A stretch of 64,000 nucleotides of DNA from Octopus vulgaris. Its lineage: Eukaryota. The position numbers and the translations under genes are program-made. A model generated the notes under the pieces. It had not been told where the DNA came from. It made no database searches and saw nothing but the letters and a program-made list of their open reading frames with translations. How positions within the stretch are numbered: position 1 is the stretch's first letter; every line of letters starts with the position of its first letter. This document shows positions 26,873 to 39,985 of this stretch, piece by piece. The stretch is from contig OX597818.1 in assembly GCA_951406725.2 (NCBI GenBank), positions 12,028,001-12,092,000 of the forward strand, read 5' to 3'.

Positions 26873-27326
26873 AGGCAGCCGTGGCTATGTGATAAGAAGC
26901 TTGATCCCCACCACATGGTTCTAGGTTCAGTCCCACTGCGTGGCCCTTTGGGCAAATGCCTTCCACTGTAACCTCTGGCCGATCAAAGCCTTGTGAATGG
27001 ATCTGGTTGACGGAAACTGAAAGAAGCCCGTCGTGTGTGTGTGTGTTTGTCTTTATGTCTGTGTTTGTCACCCACCACTGCTTGACAGCCGATACTGGTG
27101 TTTATGTGTGTGTGTGTGTGTGTGTGTGTATACGTGTCTGTATTTGTCCTGCACCATCGCTTGACAACCGGTGCTGTGTGTTTACGTCCCCGTAAAAGGG
27201 AACGATAGAATAAGTACAAGGCTTAACAAAATGTAAATACTGGGGTTGATTCGTCTGACTAAAAATTCTTCAAAGCAGTGTCTCTGCATAGCCGTATTCT
27301 AATGACTGAATCAAGTTAAAGATAAA
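26873..27326 (+). mobile_element. SINE family B
   Basis: Full length with an internal duplication. Confidence 0.85.
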
Positions 27327-28842
27327 AGTATGGACAGCCTAATAATGTGTCCTCTCTCATGCGGCCAACTTCTAAAAAGTTGTCTATGCCTACTGTAAAC
27401 CCTAAGATGAGATTTAAGAAAATTTGTTAACTATTTCTACTGGGCACATCCGGAAGCGACTCGTAAACTTTTTTTTTCGTTGGTTCGTTTACATCAACGA
27501 CGAAGGATATGATGTTGTAGAGTTCATTTTCTCACTGCCGCTACACAATACAAAAAGCGAAAACGGAAACCGAAGAGAAATTCGATTTTACGCTGACGCA
27601 ACTACGAGCGCCGATAAGGATGTACGACTATGTATTCTTTCCTTCTGGCAACGATCATGATGATGCTGATGATGATGATGATGATGATGATGAGGAGGAG
27701 GAGGAGGAGGAGGGCGATGATGATGACTCGGCTTTTTAGGTGAGATTCTTAGCGGTGTTGTGCAAGCTGCTTTGAGTTTAAATTTCAGCACAGGCATTAC
27801 TGACAGCCACGTATCATTAACCTCTAGAATAAGATTATTTGTCAGTGATGGTCATACTCGTCTACAAGTTGATAACGGCCATGTATGTATGTATATATGT
27901 GTATGTATGTGTGTGTGTGTGTGTATGTGTGTGTGTGTGTGTGTGTGTACTTATTATTTATGTATCATATGCGCATTTGTTGGTCGCAGTCTAATTTTGG
28001 TAAAAAAATTACTGATCACTATCATCACCACCATCTCCGTTACAATCAAAGCCATCGCCACCACCACTACCACTATGCCCACCACCACCACGATCATTAT
28101 CATCATCACCCCAAACTCCCATATCATTGCCATTATCAAATATAACAAAGAACCCTCAAGAATCCCCATCCCCAAAACGCTGAACCAAATACTGAAATGA
28201 GTCAAATAAAATGAAGTCAACAGCCCTTTTTCAGTTAAAAAAAAACCCCAAACAACATCAACTGATTGATGCTGGAAGATTCTCTTGTTATTTACACACA
28301 GCCCGAGATTCAACTTGACTGGAAATCCGTGTCAACGTTTGAGCCTACTGTTGCTTTCAAGGTATTTGCTTGTAAAGGTCAAAATTTGATGGCACCATCA
28401 TTGGGTGGGGTTACACAAAACGGACAATCATATTCTACTTACAGTCAACATTCCAAAGAGAAAGAGATTTTGTATTTCATTGTTCCACTACTGCTGAACT
28501 ACTACTTGTTTCCATGAGTGGTAACGCTGGTGTGGGGGTGATTGTTGATAACTTCACCCCTCCCCCCCGCAAATGAAAAAAGAAAAACAAAACCTCGTCG
28601 AATGTATTTTGGTATATATTTAGAATGTATTTTTCTAGGAATAACGCTCATCGTTTGCAACAACAACGTCAACATCTACATGAAAAACAACAAAACAAAC
28701 AAAACCAATGAACTATCGAAAATCATGTGACTTCAAGTTTGTGTGGGCTTTATACACACGCAAATACATACGTACATATATGTATGTATATATGTATGTA
28801 TGTCTATGTAACTATCCATCTACCTGTCTGTCTGTCTTTTTC

Positions 28843-28901
<59 letters not shown>

Positions 28902-28933
28902 GTATACTTTTTATGTAATAATTTGCGAGATAA

Positions 28934-29343
28934 TCCTACTATAATGGGCGTTATGTCCGTCTGTCTGTCTGTGCCCTCTTCGCGGTCAAACGGCTGGACC
29001 AATGGTCACGATGTTTTTCGGGATTACGAAGGAGATAATCATGAAGGTTTTCATGTAGTGGTCAAAGGAAGGTCTGGCTTTCATTAGGAGTGGTCCCCAT
29101 AACCATTCATGATACTGAGGCTGGGAGCTTATTTCAGTTCGGGAGTGAATCGTCATCATATGTCAGTTGCAAACACATGTCATATAGCTGCAATAGAATG
29201 CTGAATCACCAACAATAATGGGATTTCTCTAAGACAACACCCAGTAATCTATCAAGTCCATTTACCCATTTCTCAATACATATTGCTGTTATGACTTCCC
29301 ACCCTCATTGTATGCCTCCATCGTAGATGGGTAGATTTGCTAG
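28934..29343 (+). mobile_element. Non-autonomous Helitron-like element
   Basis: A|TCctactataat..(gtct)n ... ccatcgtagatgg hairpin ... CTAG|T. Confidence 0.6.
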
Positions 29344-30020
29344 TATAAGAAGTAGCAACAGTTCGGTTTAATACTTATATAAACCTCTGCTTAAGAAGGC
29401 ATTCGTTTTTACTTTTGAGGAGATACAGTCTATAACTGCACCCCCTCAAAGATAAAAGTATTGTATAACAGCTTATATAAGCATTAACGCAATAAATATA
29501 TAGATATGAATAACTTCATAGCAATAACGGATGAAGGAAATGAAGCAATGTTTTTTTTTTCATGTTAATACTTATAAAAGCTGTTGTTTTTTAATATATT
29601 CATTCTCTCCTTTCAGGATATACAGAAATATATGGGAACAAATGTACTGTTGCCAAATCATGATCCGTTAATAATAGAAATATAATAAAGAAATATTGTC
29701 TCTACTTTTACAATGTTTTGATAACTTTACTGAGTTATTGCCTCCTCAATATCTGTTCGACTAACACACACACACCCACACACACACACTAACACACACA
29801 CACACAAACAAGCACGTACATATAATTACATACTTATATATGTGTGTGTATGTGTGAGTACATGTACGGATGTATCTATATATGTATATGTATGTATAAC
29901 TCTTCTCCGTAATTCTCCTTCAGGTTTGTTTACAAATTTATAAATATGTGTGTGTGTGTGTATAAAACAAGAAGAACGGACCTTAAATAAATTTCAGAAA
30001 CGAAACATGGAATATATAAC

Positions 30021-30080
30021 ACAACTTACATCTAGGGACTACTAGATGTTTTAGTGACTGTTCACCTCGTCAGTGGTTGT
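30021..30080 (-). ncRNA. Degenerate type I hammerhead ribozyme
   Basis: acaacca-CTGACGA-ggtga(acag)tcact-AAAA-catctag(tagtcc)ctagatg-TA-agttgt; long stem III intact but GAAA mutated to AAAA and stem I damaged. Confidence 0.55.
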
Positions 30081-30301
30081 TGGGCTAAAGACAGTTGCTC
30101 GCTTAATCGCACAACATATAGTAGTTATTGATTTCACAAGTGGTTAGTATTTCCATTGACCAGGAACGGACAAAGGAACAATAAAATAACAAGCATGTGT
30201 ATTAACCCCCCCACCAACTCCACATATTTGGCCACTTTGTGAAAAGTAGAGTTTGTGCTTACAAATCATTCTTTTTTCTGTGGTCACAAATAAAGAGAGG
30301 G

Positions 30302-30344
30302 GATATAACTAGTTTCAGAATTTACTAATTCTTCATCAGAGATC
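30302..30344 (-). ncRNA. Minimal type I hammerhead ribozyme, canonical core
   Basis: gatct-CTGATGA-agaatt(agta)aattct-GAAA-ctag-TT-atatc: perfect 6-bp stem II, palindromic stem III ACTAGT, GUU triplet, stem I 4/5 paired. Confidence 0.75.
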
Positions 30345-30499
30345 TGTTATTTGTTTCTGTCCAGAGAGGGAGAAGGAGAGGGGGGGGGGAGATGGAGAGA
30401 GAGAACAGAGTTTACGTAAACTCTGACAGAACTAAATTGATCTGCCTAGTTTGCATACCAGTGCAAGCTTTCGGAATATGAATCCAATTACTGTCTTTT

Positions 30500-30870
30500 A
30501 TCTTTTATCATTTACTTGTTTCAATCATTAGATTGTGGCCTTGCAATCTGATATCTTGAAGAACTTTTAGTCGAATGAATCCAGCCCATTACTTTTTTTA
30601 AAGCCTTGTACTTATTCTAGCGTTCTCTTTAGCCGAACCGATGAGTTACGGGGACATAAATACACCAAAGCAGCGGTGGGGGACAAACACAGACACAGAC
30701 ACACGCGCATACACACACACAACGGGCTTATTTCAGTTTCCGTCTGCCAAATTCACCCACAAAGCTTTGAGTCTATAGTAGAAGACACTTGCCCAAGGTA
30801 CCAGGTAGTGGCACTGAATTCGGAATCATGTGATTGCAAAGCAAGCTCCTTAGCACACAGCCACGCCTGT
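30500..30870 (-). mobile_element. SINE family B
   Basis: Match to 33430-33828. Confidence 0.8.
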
Positions 30871-31549
30871 GTGGAACTTCTGTTAAATTTTCAGGTACTA
30901 CTATTCCTGTCTACGTGCGCGCATACACACACACGAGTTCATGCACACAAAGAGCTCTAAACGTCACCAAACAGCTCATTACTTCCTGAGCCAATCAAAT
31001 CATCTTACTCTGCCTCTCAAATCCAAGTGAGAACTCTTTCCCACATGAAACTACCACTCTGATCATCCAACTAATCTTCAAGATCAACGCCCGACACTAT
31101 ACCCCCCAAAAAGAAATTACCCGCTATATTTTAAACTAAACACATCAACCAATGATAAAAAAAGCCCCTATATGATTTTGTTGATATAGAAACCTATATA
31201 TACATAACAATATATTCCGTTATTATCGCAGTCTGAAAAATCGAAAGACGAAATGGACACTAGGCGAACAATTGCCTTTTCATTGTAGCAAATAAATATT
31301 CTACTCTTCTCAAACATCTTGAGTTCTCTTAGTTGGCTCTACGCCTGCACAGTACGCAAAGCCTACTCATTTACACACAGACAGACAAACAGACACAGAC
31401 AGACAGACACACACACACACACACACACAGTTGTATAGAAAAACACCTCGCAGTTTGTAACACGAAAAATGTGCATGTGTGTGTGTATGAGTGTGTTTAT
31501 ATATAATGCGTATGCGAAGATGTATATGTATACATTTGTGTAAGTGAAA

Positions 31550-31589
<40 letters not shown>

Positions 31590-32840
31590 GCGTGTGCGAA
31601 TCTGTACGCTAGTACTAAGACAATATTAAGCTTATGTTAATGATTGAGTGACGAAATTCCGGAAACACAATGAGATTTCCGGAAAAAATATCAGGAAATA
31701 ATTTGAAAACAAGCAAAGCGTTGTTCAAAGAAGTATTTTTATAAGAATAACATTAACTTTTTTTTTAAACCAGAAAACGATAAAACCCCACACTTTTTAA
31801 TATATTTGTTATTTTATTATTAGCAAAAACTTTAGAGCCAAAGATTGGCGAAACTGTTAAAGACGTGGTCAAACGTATTTTGTAGTGTTTAATTGCGCTC
31901 GTTTCTCTTTTCCGTTCGAATTCCACCAAACTAGATTTGTCTTTCTCTCTTTCCCCGAGTCGGTGGCATTACTAATAGTCAAATATTGCAGTCGGTTAAA
32001 TCCTCGACTAACTCGCCACTTCACATCAAATGTGTAGTCATATACAAGAATGTGTGTGTGTGTTGCGATATAGGTTTAATTGCACGACAAATAACTGGTA
32101 CTTAGAACTCTTTGCGTATTCCTGTATATCCGAAAGGAAACTGCGAGGAAGACTCTTTTCAAAATCCGAGTTTAATTTGGTTGAACTCTGTAGTTGGATA
32201 GGTCACAAAGTACATACAGAAAACAAAACAAAATACAAGAATTTGCTCGTGAAATATAAATAAAGATCAGAAATAAAATAGAAAGAAAATAAATATCTTG
32301 GTCAAATGAAAGTGGATCATGGAAAAATGGCACATGATATGAAATTACCGAAACTCAACCAAATGAAATAAAAATAATTCGACATAAAATATTATCTATA
32401 GTTTCTTCATGCTCTGCAGGAGTGTCCTCTTCGTGATATATTTAACAATCATGCAGTGAATAAATATGCTTACTTCTCACCAAAACAAGAAATTATTGAA
32501 ATAAGACATTACTCACTTTCCCTCATTTTAGACGTAATTTTTTGAAACTTGAAATGATCAAATTAGACATCAGTGTGGGGAAAAAAATTGACTTATAATC
32601 CAACAGAGAAAAGAATATTGAATGTTAAACACCAAAAATTGAGGAAAAATTTCTTGAAAAAAGAGAACCTGCCACCTATTTTTCGGACTCTCTCAACTAC
32701 AACAACAACTATGCTGACCAACTTTTACTCTTAAAGACGATGCAAAACTTGTAATGGAATGAAGTCAGAAGTTACTCATTTTGCCCCGGTTATTTGGTCC
32801 CCTTCCCATATATATATATATATATTTGTAGACATTCTTA

Positions 32841-32872
32841 GGGTTACGGCCGTTTCGCAGTATTCATCATGT
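32841..32872 (-). ncRNA. Degenerate minimal hammerhead
   Basis: ATGATGA-atactgc-GAAA-cggccg-TA-accc; palindromic stem III ACGGCCGT, but C3 mutated and stem I lost. Confidence 0.4.
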
Positions 32873-32976
32873 AATAACAATTTCAGTGTATAATAAATCA
32901 TTTTGCATGTCTGCATTAATAGGCTTGCTATTCATTATACAATAGAATTGTGTATTTACAAATCAGTGCAGATGGC

Positions 32977-33025
<49 letters not shown>

Positions 33026-33261
33026 AACACACATAAATGTGTATGCGTGTGTGAGTGTACGTATATAAATATCTATGTATGTACGTACATATATATATAA
33101 ATATAAATATATATAGAGACATATATATATATACATATATATATAAATATACATATATATATATACATAAATATATATATACGTATATATATAGATATAC
33201 ATACATATAAATATATGTATATATATATAAATATAAAGATGTATATATATAAATATATCTA

Positions 33262-33304
<43 letters not shown>

Positions 33305-33306
33305 TA

Positions 33307-33344
33307 CTGTCTGATGAACGGCAACGAGAAACTCAGAGTAACAG
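33307..33344 (+). ncRNA. Minimal type I hammerhead ribozyme, canonical core
   Basis: ctgt-CTGATGA-a-cg(gcaa)cg-a-GAAA-ctcagag-TA-acag; quasi-palindromic stem III, followed by AATAAA and embedded in (TA)n. Confidence 0.7.
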
Positions 33345-33429
33345 ATTTTGTTGAATTTTCTGCTGCTTAAAATAAAGTATATATATATATATATATAAAT
33401 ATGCATCTATATATAAATATATATCTTTC

Positions 33430-33828
33430 TCTTTTATTTCTCTTTTACTTGTTTCAGTCATTTGACTGCGGCCATGCTGGAGCACCGCCTTTAATCGAGC
33501 AACTCGACTTATTCTTTTGTAAGCCCAGTACTTATTCTATCGGTCTCTTTTGCCGAACTGCTAAGTAACGGGGACATAAACACACCAGCATCGGTTGTCA
33601 AGCAATGCTAGGGGGACAAACGCAGACACACAAACACACACGCGCATATATATATACATATATACGACGGGCTTCTTTCAGTTTCCGTCTACCAAATCCA
33701 CTCACAAGGCTTTGGTCGGCCCGAGGCTATAGTAGAAGACACTTGCCCAAGGTGCCACGCAGTGGGACTGAACCCGGAACCATGTGGTTGGTAAACAAGC
33801 TACTTACCACACAGCCACTCCTGCGCCT
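33430..33828 (-). mobile_element. SINE family B (tRNA head, CORE-like box, LINE-derived tail), young full-length copy
   Basis: aggcgcaggagtggctgtgtggtaag...gggttcagtccc...caccttgggcaagtg...tail ggcggtgctccagcatggccgcagtcaaatgactgaaacaag. Confidence 0.9.
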
Positions 33829-33840
33829 ATATATATATTT

Positions 33841-35035
33841 TGCATTTCATCTAGTTTCAGCTCACGAGCTGTGGCCATGCTGGGGCACTGCCATTCGGTG
33901 TTGCTACATGATTTTACTTCACGAATGCTTTTTAGCAATTGACATTTGGTGCATGAGAGAGTTTGATGCAGCTGCCCTCATCTGCACCACCTGCTGTGAA
34001 GTTGGTTCGTCTGGGACACCTGACAGGAAGATGTTCAGCTTTATTTTGAAGACATCTGCATCCACCCCATGCAGGTCTCTCAGGTCCTTCAGGAGGATAT
34101 TGAAGAGCTGTGGACCTCCGAAGCCCAGGCTATCGCAGTATCTTGTCCTACATCTTGATGGCAAATTTGGAGTGCTTGGCACTCTGCAGTGGCGCCTAGT
34201 TCTTGTATTTGTGTAACTCTTGATGCCAAAGTTTGGGACAAGTCCTTCTAGGATCTTCCAGATGTATATTATGACATATCTTTTTCGCCTGCGCTCTAAG
34301 GAATAGAGTCTTAATCTCTTGAGTCTTTCCCAATAGCTTATATGCTGCATAGAGGCTAGCTCCTTCGTGTAGCTTCGTTGGATTGCCTCAAGTTCTGAGA
34401 TTAATTTGTCTCTGGTTGGTGACCATAGCTGAAAGCAATAGTCAAAATGGCTTAGGACAAGCGTCCTCTAGGGGACCATCATGGTTTCCTGGTCTCTTTT
34501 TCTAAAAGCTCTAAGAATCCATCCGGTCAGCTGCCTACACTTCATTGCCAATTTAGCAACATGCACATGAAAGGTTGCATCATTACTCATGTAAATACCC
34601 AGGTCTCGCACTGATTGTGCCACTGGGATTGCAATCCATCCAGGTCCAGTGTATTTATTGGGTATTGCATTTAGTTTTGCATGCTGATAGCATAAAGCTT
34701 GAAAATTTTCAGCATTGAACTGCATGCTATTCTTTTCAGCCCACCTGTATATTTTGTCCAGCTGACATTGCAGGTGCTTAGTGTCTTCAGAGTTCTGTAT
34801 TACCTGTGAAACTTTTGTATCATCTGCATAACTTGTGATCGTGGCTCTCTGCGTGGCTGAGGGCATGTCTGAGAGGGCCATTATGAACAGTAGTGGTCCC
34901 AAAACAGTGCCTTGCAGAACACCGCTCACTATATGCGTGTCATTGGAGGTGGCCCCATTGGCTACTACAACCTGACTTCTATCCTTCAGAAAGTCATGAA
35001 GCCATTCTCCCAATTTTCCAACTATGCCAAGATCA
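33841..35035 (-). mobile_element. CR1-group LINE, 5'-truncated with intact 3' tail
   Basis: WLHDFLKDRSQ..SGVLQGTVLGPLLF..SYADDTKV..VRDLGI; SYWERLKRLRLYSLERRR; 3' tail ggcagtgccccagcatggccacagctcgtgagctgaaactaga. Confidence 0.92.
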
Positions 35036-35039
35036 CTAG

Positions 35040-35425
35040 TCTATGTTGAGGGTACATTCTTCACCAGGGAGGGTTTTTGTATTTAAGAGCCACCATGCAT
35101 ACCGCTGTCTGGTGAGAATGAAATCGATCTGGCTAGCAGAGTCACCTGATAGATAGGCTAGCTGGCTTCCTGAAGTTTGTGTTGCAGATCAATAGGTTAT
35201 TTGCATCTCAAATCTCCAGGAGCCTAGTTCTCTCTTCATTTTTGGTACCAACTCCATGGCTTTCATGTACACTATGGAAGATACCATATTGTTATTCGAC
35301 ATGTCCATTAAAATCTCCTGCTACAAAAATGATATCATTATCACTCATCTTTGAGGTAGCCTGCAGAAGAATATCATAAAAGTGATCCTTCTCTTCATTT
35401 GGTAGGCCCGCTTGTGGGGCTATCA
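35040..35425 (-). mobile_element. RTE-clade LINE APE-endonuclease fragment
   Basis: APQAGLPNEEKDHFYD...IFVAGDFNGHV...NLLICNTNFRKP. Confidence 0.8.
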
Positions 35426-35813
35426 ATCCCTCTGATAGAGCCTCATATAGTTTCTGTTTGCTAAATTCTTCTTGCGAGAATTCGGTCAACACTGGTCCTT
35501 TTCACGTGGTGAGGAAAAAAGTAGCTAGGAAAAGTAAAAACTTGCATACAAATCATTATATTTTATTTATTTATCGTTTCATCGGCTTTTTTTATCTAGA
35601 CTTTGTGATCTTTCAACATGAAAGATCATGAAAGATTCTGAGACAAGCATCGAGGGCTTAGTTATGTGTTGTTTATGTGTATTGACAGACTGTGTCATAT
35701 GCGTAAAGACTGTGCGTTTGTGCAATTGAACGATACTAAGTTACCAAATCTTCTTCGAAGGAAGCCATCGCACATAATATTGTTTGAAAATATGTGTGAT
35801 ACTTGCCATATTG

Positions 35814-36018
35814 TTTCAAATTTTGGCACAAGGCCAGTGATTTCAGGTTAAGACGATTACATCGACTCAGTATTCAACTGGTACTTATTTTATCATTCCT
35901 GAAAGGATGAAGAGCAAAGTCGACCTCGGCGGAATTTGAATTCAGAGCATAAAGGCGAACGAAATACTGCTAAGCATTTTGCCCGGCGCGGTAACGATTC
36001 TGCCAGTTCGCCGCCTTA
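35814..36018 (-). mobile_element. SINE family A
   Basis: Full-length match. Confidence 0.85.
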
Positions 36019-36478
36019 TATCTTACATGATACTGTTTGGAAATACAAGTCTAATACTTGTCACATTAAAACTGTTAACCACACACAGATACTGGCATAG
36101 GACGGTGGAAACAACTGTTACAGAAAAGTGCAAGTTAAATGCACTAAAAAGTATTAGACATGCTTCCTCAAACAATACTCTGTGTTAGAGATCATCTACG
36201 GAAATGAACTCCTCTGGAATTCCCCCCCTGCGTTAAGTTGCGTCACTCACGAACGGATGTTCAAATTCCAGAGAACTGGACTTTATCGATTCAAGCAGCT
36301 TGATCCTGAAATTCAAAGAAATCCATCTTGTACTGAAAAACATACGTTGTCGAAAATTAACAAAGCTTTCAGAAGATTATATAGTTGATTGAAAAAAAAA
36401 AAAAAAAAACTACACAAGACATTAAAATTCTGGTGTTTGGTGATTTAATTATTTTCTTCATGTAATTTTCAAGTGTTC

Positions 36479-36546
<68 letters not shown>

Positions 36547-36560
36547 TAATAATAATTTTT

Positions 36561-36745
36561 CTTTCTACTAAAAGCGCAAGGCCTTAAATTTGTTGGGAGG
36601 GTGCTAGTCAATTACTCCACAACCCTGAAAGGGTGAAAGGCAAAGTTGACTCTGGCGGAATGTGAAGTCAGAACGTAAAGAGCCGGAACAAATGACGCTA
36701 AGCATTTTGTCCGGTGCAATAACGATCCTGCCAGCTCATCGCCTA
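36561..36745 (-). mobile_element. SINE family A embedded in (AAT)n
   Basis: Match to consensus, flanked by (AAT)n on both sides. Confidence 0.8.
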
Positions 36746-36787
<42 letters not shown>

Positions 36788-37071
36788 TATAATAATAATA
36801 ATAATAATGATATTGCACAATTTGTACATAGAAATGGAGATACATCCATACTTCATTTATAACATTCAATATTTATATATATAGCCAATCACATGCACAT
36901 ACACGCATTAGATCCGGTACTGTACTTACGTATCCACTCATACTCTCACATTTATAATTACAATTGAACATATATCTAAATAGGCATAAACACCACCACC
37001 GCTCTGCTCGAAGTAAATTTCCATTTCTATTTGCGTTCTTTTACCAGAATAAACCACCAACCTTGGGTAGA

Positions 37072-37116
<45 letters not shown>

Positions 37117-37253
37117 AGAGAGAGTAAGGGGAGAAAGTGAGATTGAGAAGCTTTTTTTTATTCTGACAAGGACGTTAGCCTTATGCAGATAATGTCCACT
37201 ATAGGACTTGTGCTAACAATTTACAGCAAGTCAAGGATACTCGTCATCTTTTC

Positions 37254-37399
37254 CAGGCATGGGGAACCTTTCCCGAGAATCAGGCCGCATCAGACATGGC
37301 TCATAATCTCGCGAGCCGCACTCCAAAATACATTTAACGTAAGTTTTTGTTAGCCGTGCCATTCAGAAAGTCCCGTGGGCCGTAGATTGTTCACAACTG
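37254..37399. mobile_element. Old hAT/Charlie-like MITE
   Basis: caggcatggggaacct...ggccgca... and ...gggccgtagattgttcacaactg termini. Confidence 0.4.
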
Positions 37400-38279
37400 A
37401 TCTACACGCCTTTGCCTCTTACGGAGAATGCAATGCGCCTCCATACGGCATCTTTAAGCAGTTAGTTGAAACGAGCCAATGAGAATTAGATATCTTAATT
37501 GATATACGAGACGTGATTCACGGCACACGTCTATATCACAATTTATGCTTCTTATGATTAACACTATTACACGCCCTTGTCACCAATAAAGAAATTATTA
37601 TTAGAGCTGTCAGGCAACCGAAGACTAAGTCTCTCGTTTTACTTGTGCCTCCTTTTTGGCTATAGTGTCTATTAATTTTCCTATTTTTAAAACATAAAGA
37701 AGACATTGCAAGTGAGATGTGTTTCAACCGAACCAAACCAAACAATAATTTCTTCAGTTTCTGGTGATTATCTTTGACTGGCGTCCTTGTATCTTACACC
37801 CCTCTTCATCAGACACACTTACATGCTCTCACACATAAATATAGGCATATCGCTATGAAAATTATCTATGTACTCTCTCCACGCATAAATAGCAATGTAT
37901 GTCATTTGATAGCTACAACAAGCACCCATTGTAAAAGAGATTTCCATACGGCATAGTGTGTGTGCGTGTGTATGTGTACACATACTCACATGTACACACA
38001 CGTGCATGTATACATGCATCTATATACATACATGTACACCAGAGTAAGCACATAAATGCGAAACAAGGTGATATACATACATACATAGTACAAAGTGGTG
38101 AATTTATATAGTAAATGACACCCATAGGGTGAATAGTAGTTAGTAGAGCGATCTCTCTAATCCATCTATAAACTTCATTGATTCTGAGACCACCAATGAT
38201 CACTCACTAACATGCACACGCACGCACGCACACAATCAAACGCTCACACACAAACAAGCAACCACAATCCAACGGGGTG

Positions 38280-38730
38280 ACGTCAACCTGATTGCTCTTT
38301 TAACTAGAAATTGCAACCAGTCAAATTTCATTCAAATGACACGTTTTTCGCCATATAGAAGAAAGTATATTGCATAATTCAGACTTAGACAGGCACTGTC
38401 GGATAGTCAAGACTAGAACGTCTTTGATCATAGGTCAGGGTTGAACTGAGTCCACACAACAACAACAACAAAATTAGTAACATGCCATTGAGGAAACCTG
38501 TACACGATCGCTTGAGCTATTGAAAATAGCAGCGAAATCTCTATCAAATCACATTCTATTGTTTTCAAAATGGAGGAACATCAAAGGATAATGTAGTTTT
38601 AAATACATCTTGTCTGCAAAAAAAAAACAAAAAAACCAACAAAAAAGCGCAAGATAGTTATTGATAGAACGTTTTTGTTCATAAGTATGTCAGATCAGAG
38701 TTTACTTGGGACCAAATAACATTAAATAAC
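38280..38730 (+). repeat. Interspersed repeat family C (SINE-like, (CAA)n tail), two tandem copies just past the Shroom stop
   Basis: Shared gaaatagcagc..aaatct...ataatgtagt...ttgatcatagg...aacaacaac pattern; other copies at about 1365-1500 (+), 19015-19205 (+), 26117-26292 (-), 52125-52322 (+). Confidence 0.7.
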
Positions 38731-38804
38731 AGATTCAACAAACAACATACAAATTAACAAGTAAGCAGTGCTGGGGACAGACAGTGGGAGGGGAAGAAAT
38801 AATA

Positions 38805-39107
38805 CTATTTGGGAACAGAATCCTTTGAAAGTCTTTGAAGTGTATTAGAATAGGACATTGGAAGACTGCGTTTTACAACAACTAATTGTTCTTGTGCGAG
38901 AAAGATTTTATCTTCAACATCTTGTTGTTCTATAATTAATTTGATCTTCATTAAAATATAACGATGGAAATCTCTGATACCAGAATCCGGCAAATAACGA
39001 CACAATATACTTTCAATTGGCTCTTGCCTCCGATCGATATCAGTTTTCAGCTGTTTTGCTTCCTGATATTGTCCGTGTAATCGGTCTCGTTTCTCAATAG
39101 CAAGTCT
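38805..39107 (-). CDS. Shroom: Shroom-family ASD2 domain, last coding exon
   Basis: tttcag|AGA...stop; RLAIEKRDRLHGQYQEAKQLKTDIDRRQEPIESILCRYL...FHRYILMKIKLIIEQQDVEDKIFLAQEQL matches the ASD2 C-terminal half (Q.EDA.ELKENLDRRE..V..IL..YL...HFV.MK..L.IEQ..L.DKI.LG.EQL). Confidence 0.92.
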   Translation of the reverse strand, partial: RLAIEKRDRLHGQYQEAKQLKTDIDRRQEPIESILCRYLPDSGIRDFHRYILMKIKLIIEQQDVEDKIFLAQEQLVVVKRSLPMSYSNTLQRLSKDSVPK

Positions 39108-39380
39108 CTGAAATTGAAAGAAGTTATGTTTTACAAATACAATTTGCAATAGAGGTGGCGACAAAAGATTTAAAAGTATTTGCGTCTCTACCTTCTGTAG
39201 AATAATTATCAGTATCTAACAGAATGCTTCTGTGATTGATTTTGATCAACTGCTCCATCCCAATACATGATTTTGTGTCGCTGTTAGAAATGGTTATTAC
39301 AAGATGAAGAATATCTGAACCAGTACCTATCCTCTATTTTTCTGCATGTTGTGTTCTTTCTGCCCTACCTTTGATTTATA

Positions 39381-39489
<109 letters not shown>

Positions 39490-39954
39490 GAATACCTCAC
39501 TTTAACGAAATATTACGTTCCTGGATATCTGGTCGTAATGCAAAATTAAATTTCTTATTGATTTTCATGTGTGTATCTGTGTAACGTAATGATAGTTTTC
39601 AAATCGTTAACTACATACTTGGATCTTAAATAAAACGCAAGTCGCTATTCAGCTAAGAAGAAAGTGCAATTTTAAATTGTTAACAATTTAAAATTATGTT
39701 ATACAAGTTTCCATGAGAGTAAAATTACAGACCGCATCTCGAAATTAATGGTATTAGTTAACGATTTCCAGGTGTGCGAAATCCGGGAACCTGGGGTAAC
39801 CGTAATGCAGAGGATGCCTATCTATCTATCTACATATATTTATACATAACTAATGTAGGATAAAAATTTTTTTAGGAAAAAAATTTTATTAATGGCCAGC
39901 ATATCAAAAAATACCTTTAAAGGTTAAATTCATAAATAATTTACAAAATATATT

Positions 39955-39985
<31 letters not shown>

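Noticed and set aside
37750-37815. CTGATGA...GAAA on the minus strand (similar case at 40059-40142 plus)
   Set aside because: No convincing stem III, NUH triplet or stem I.
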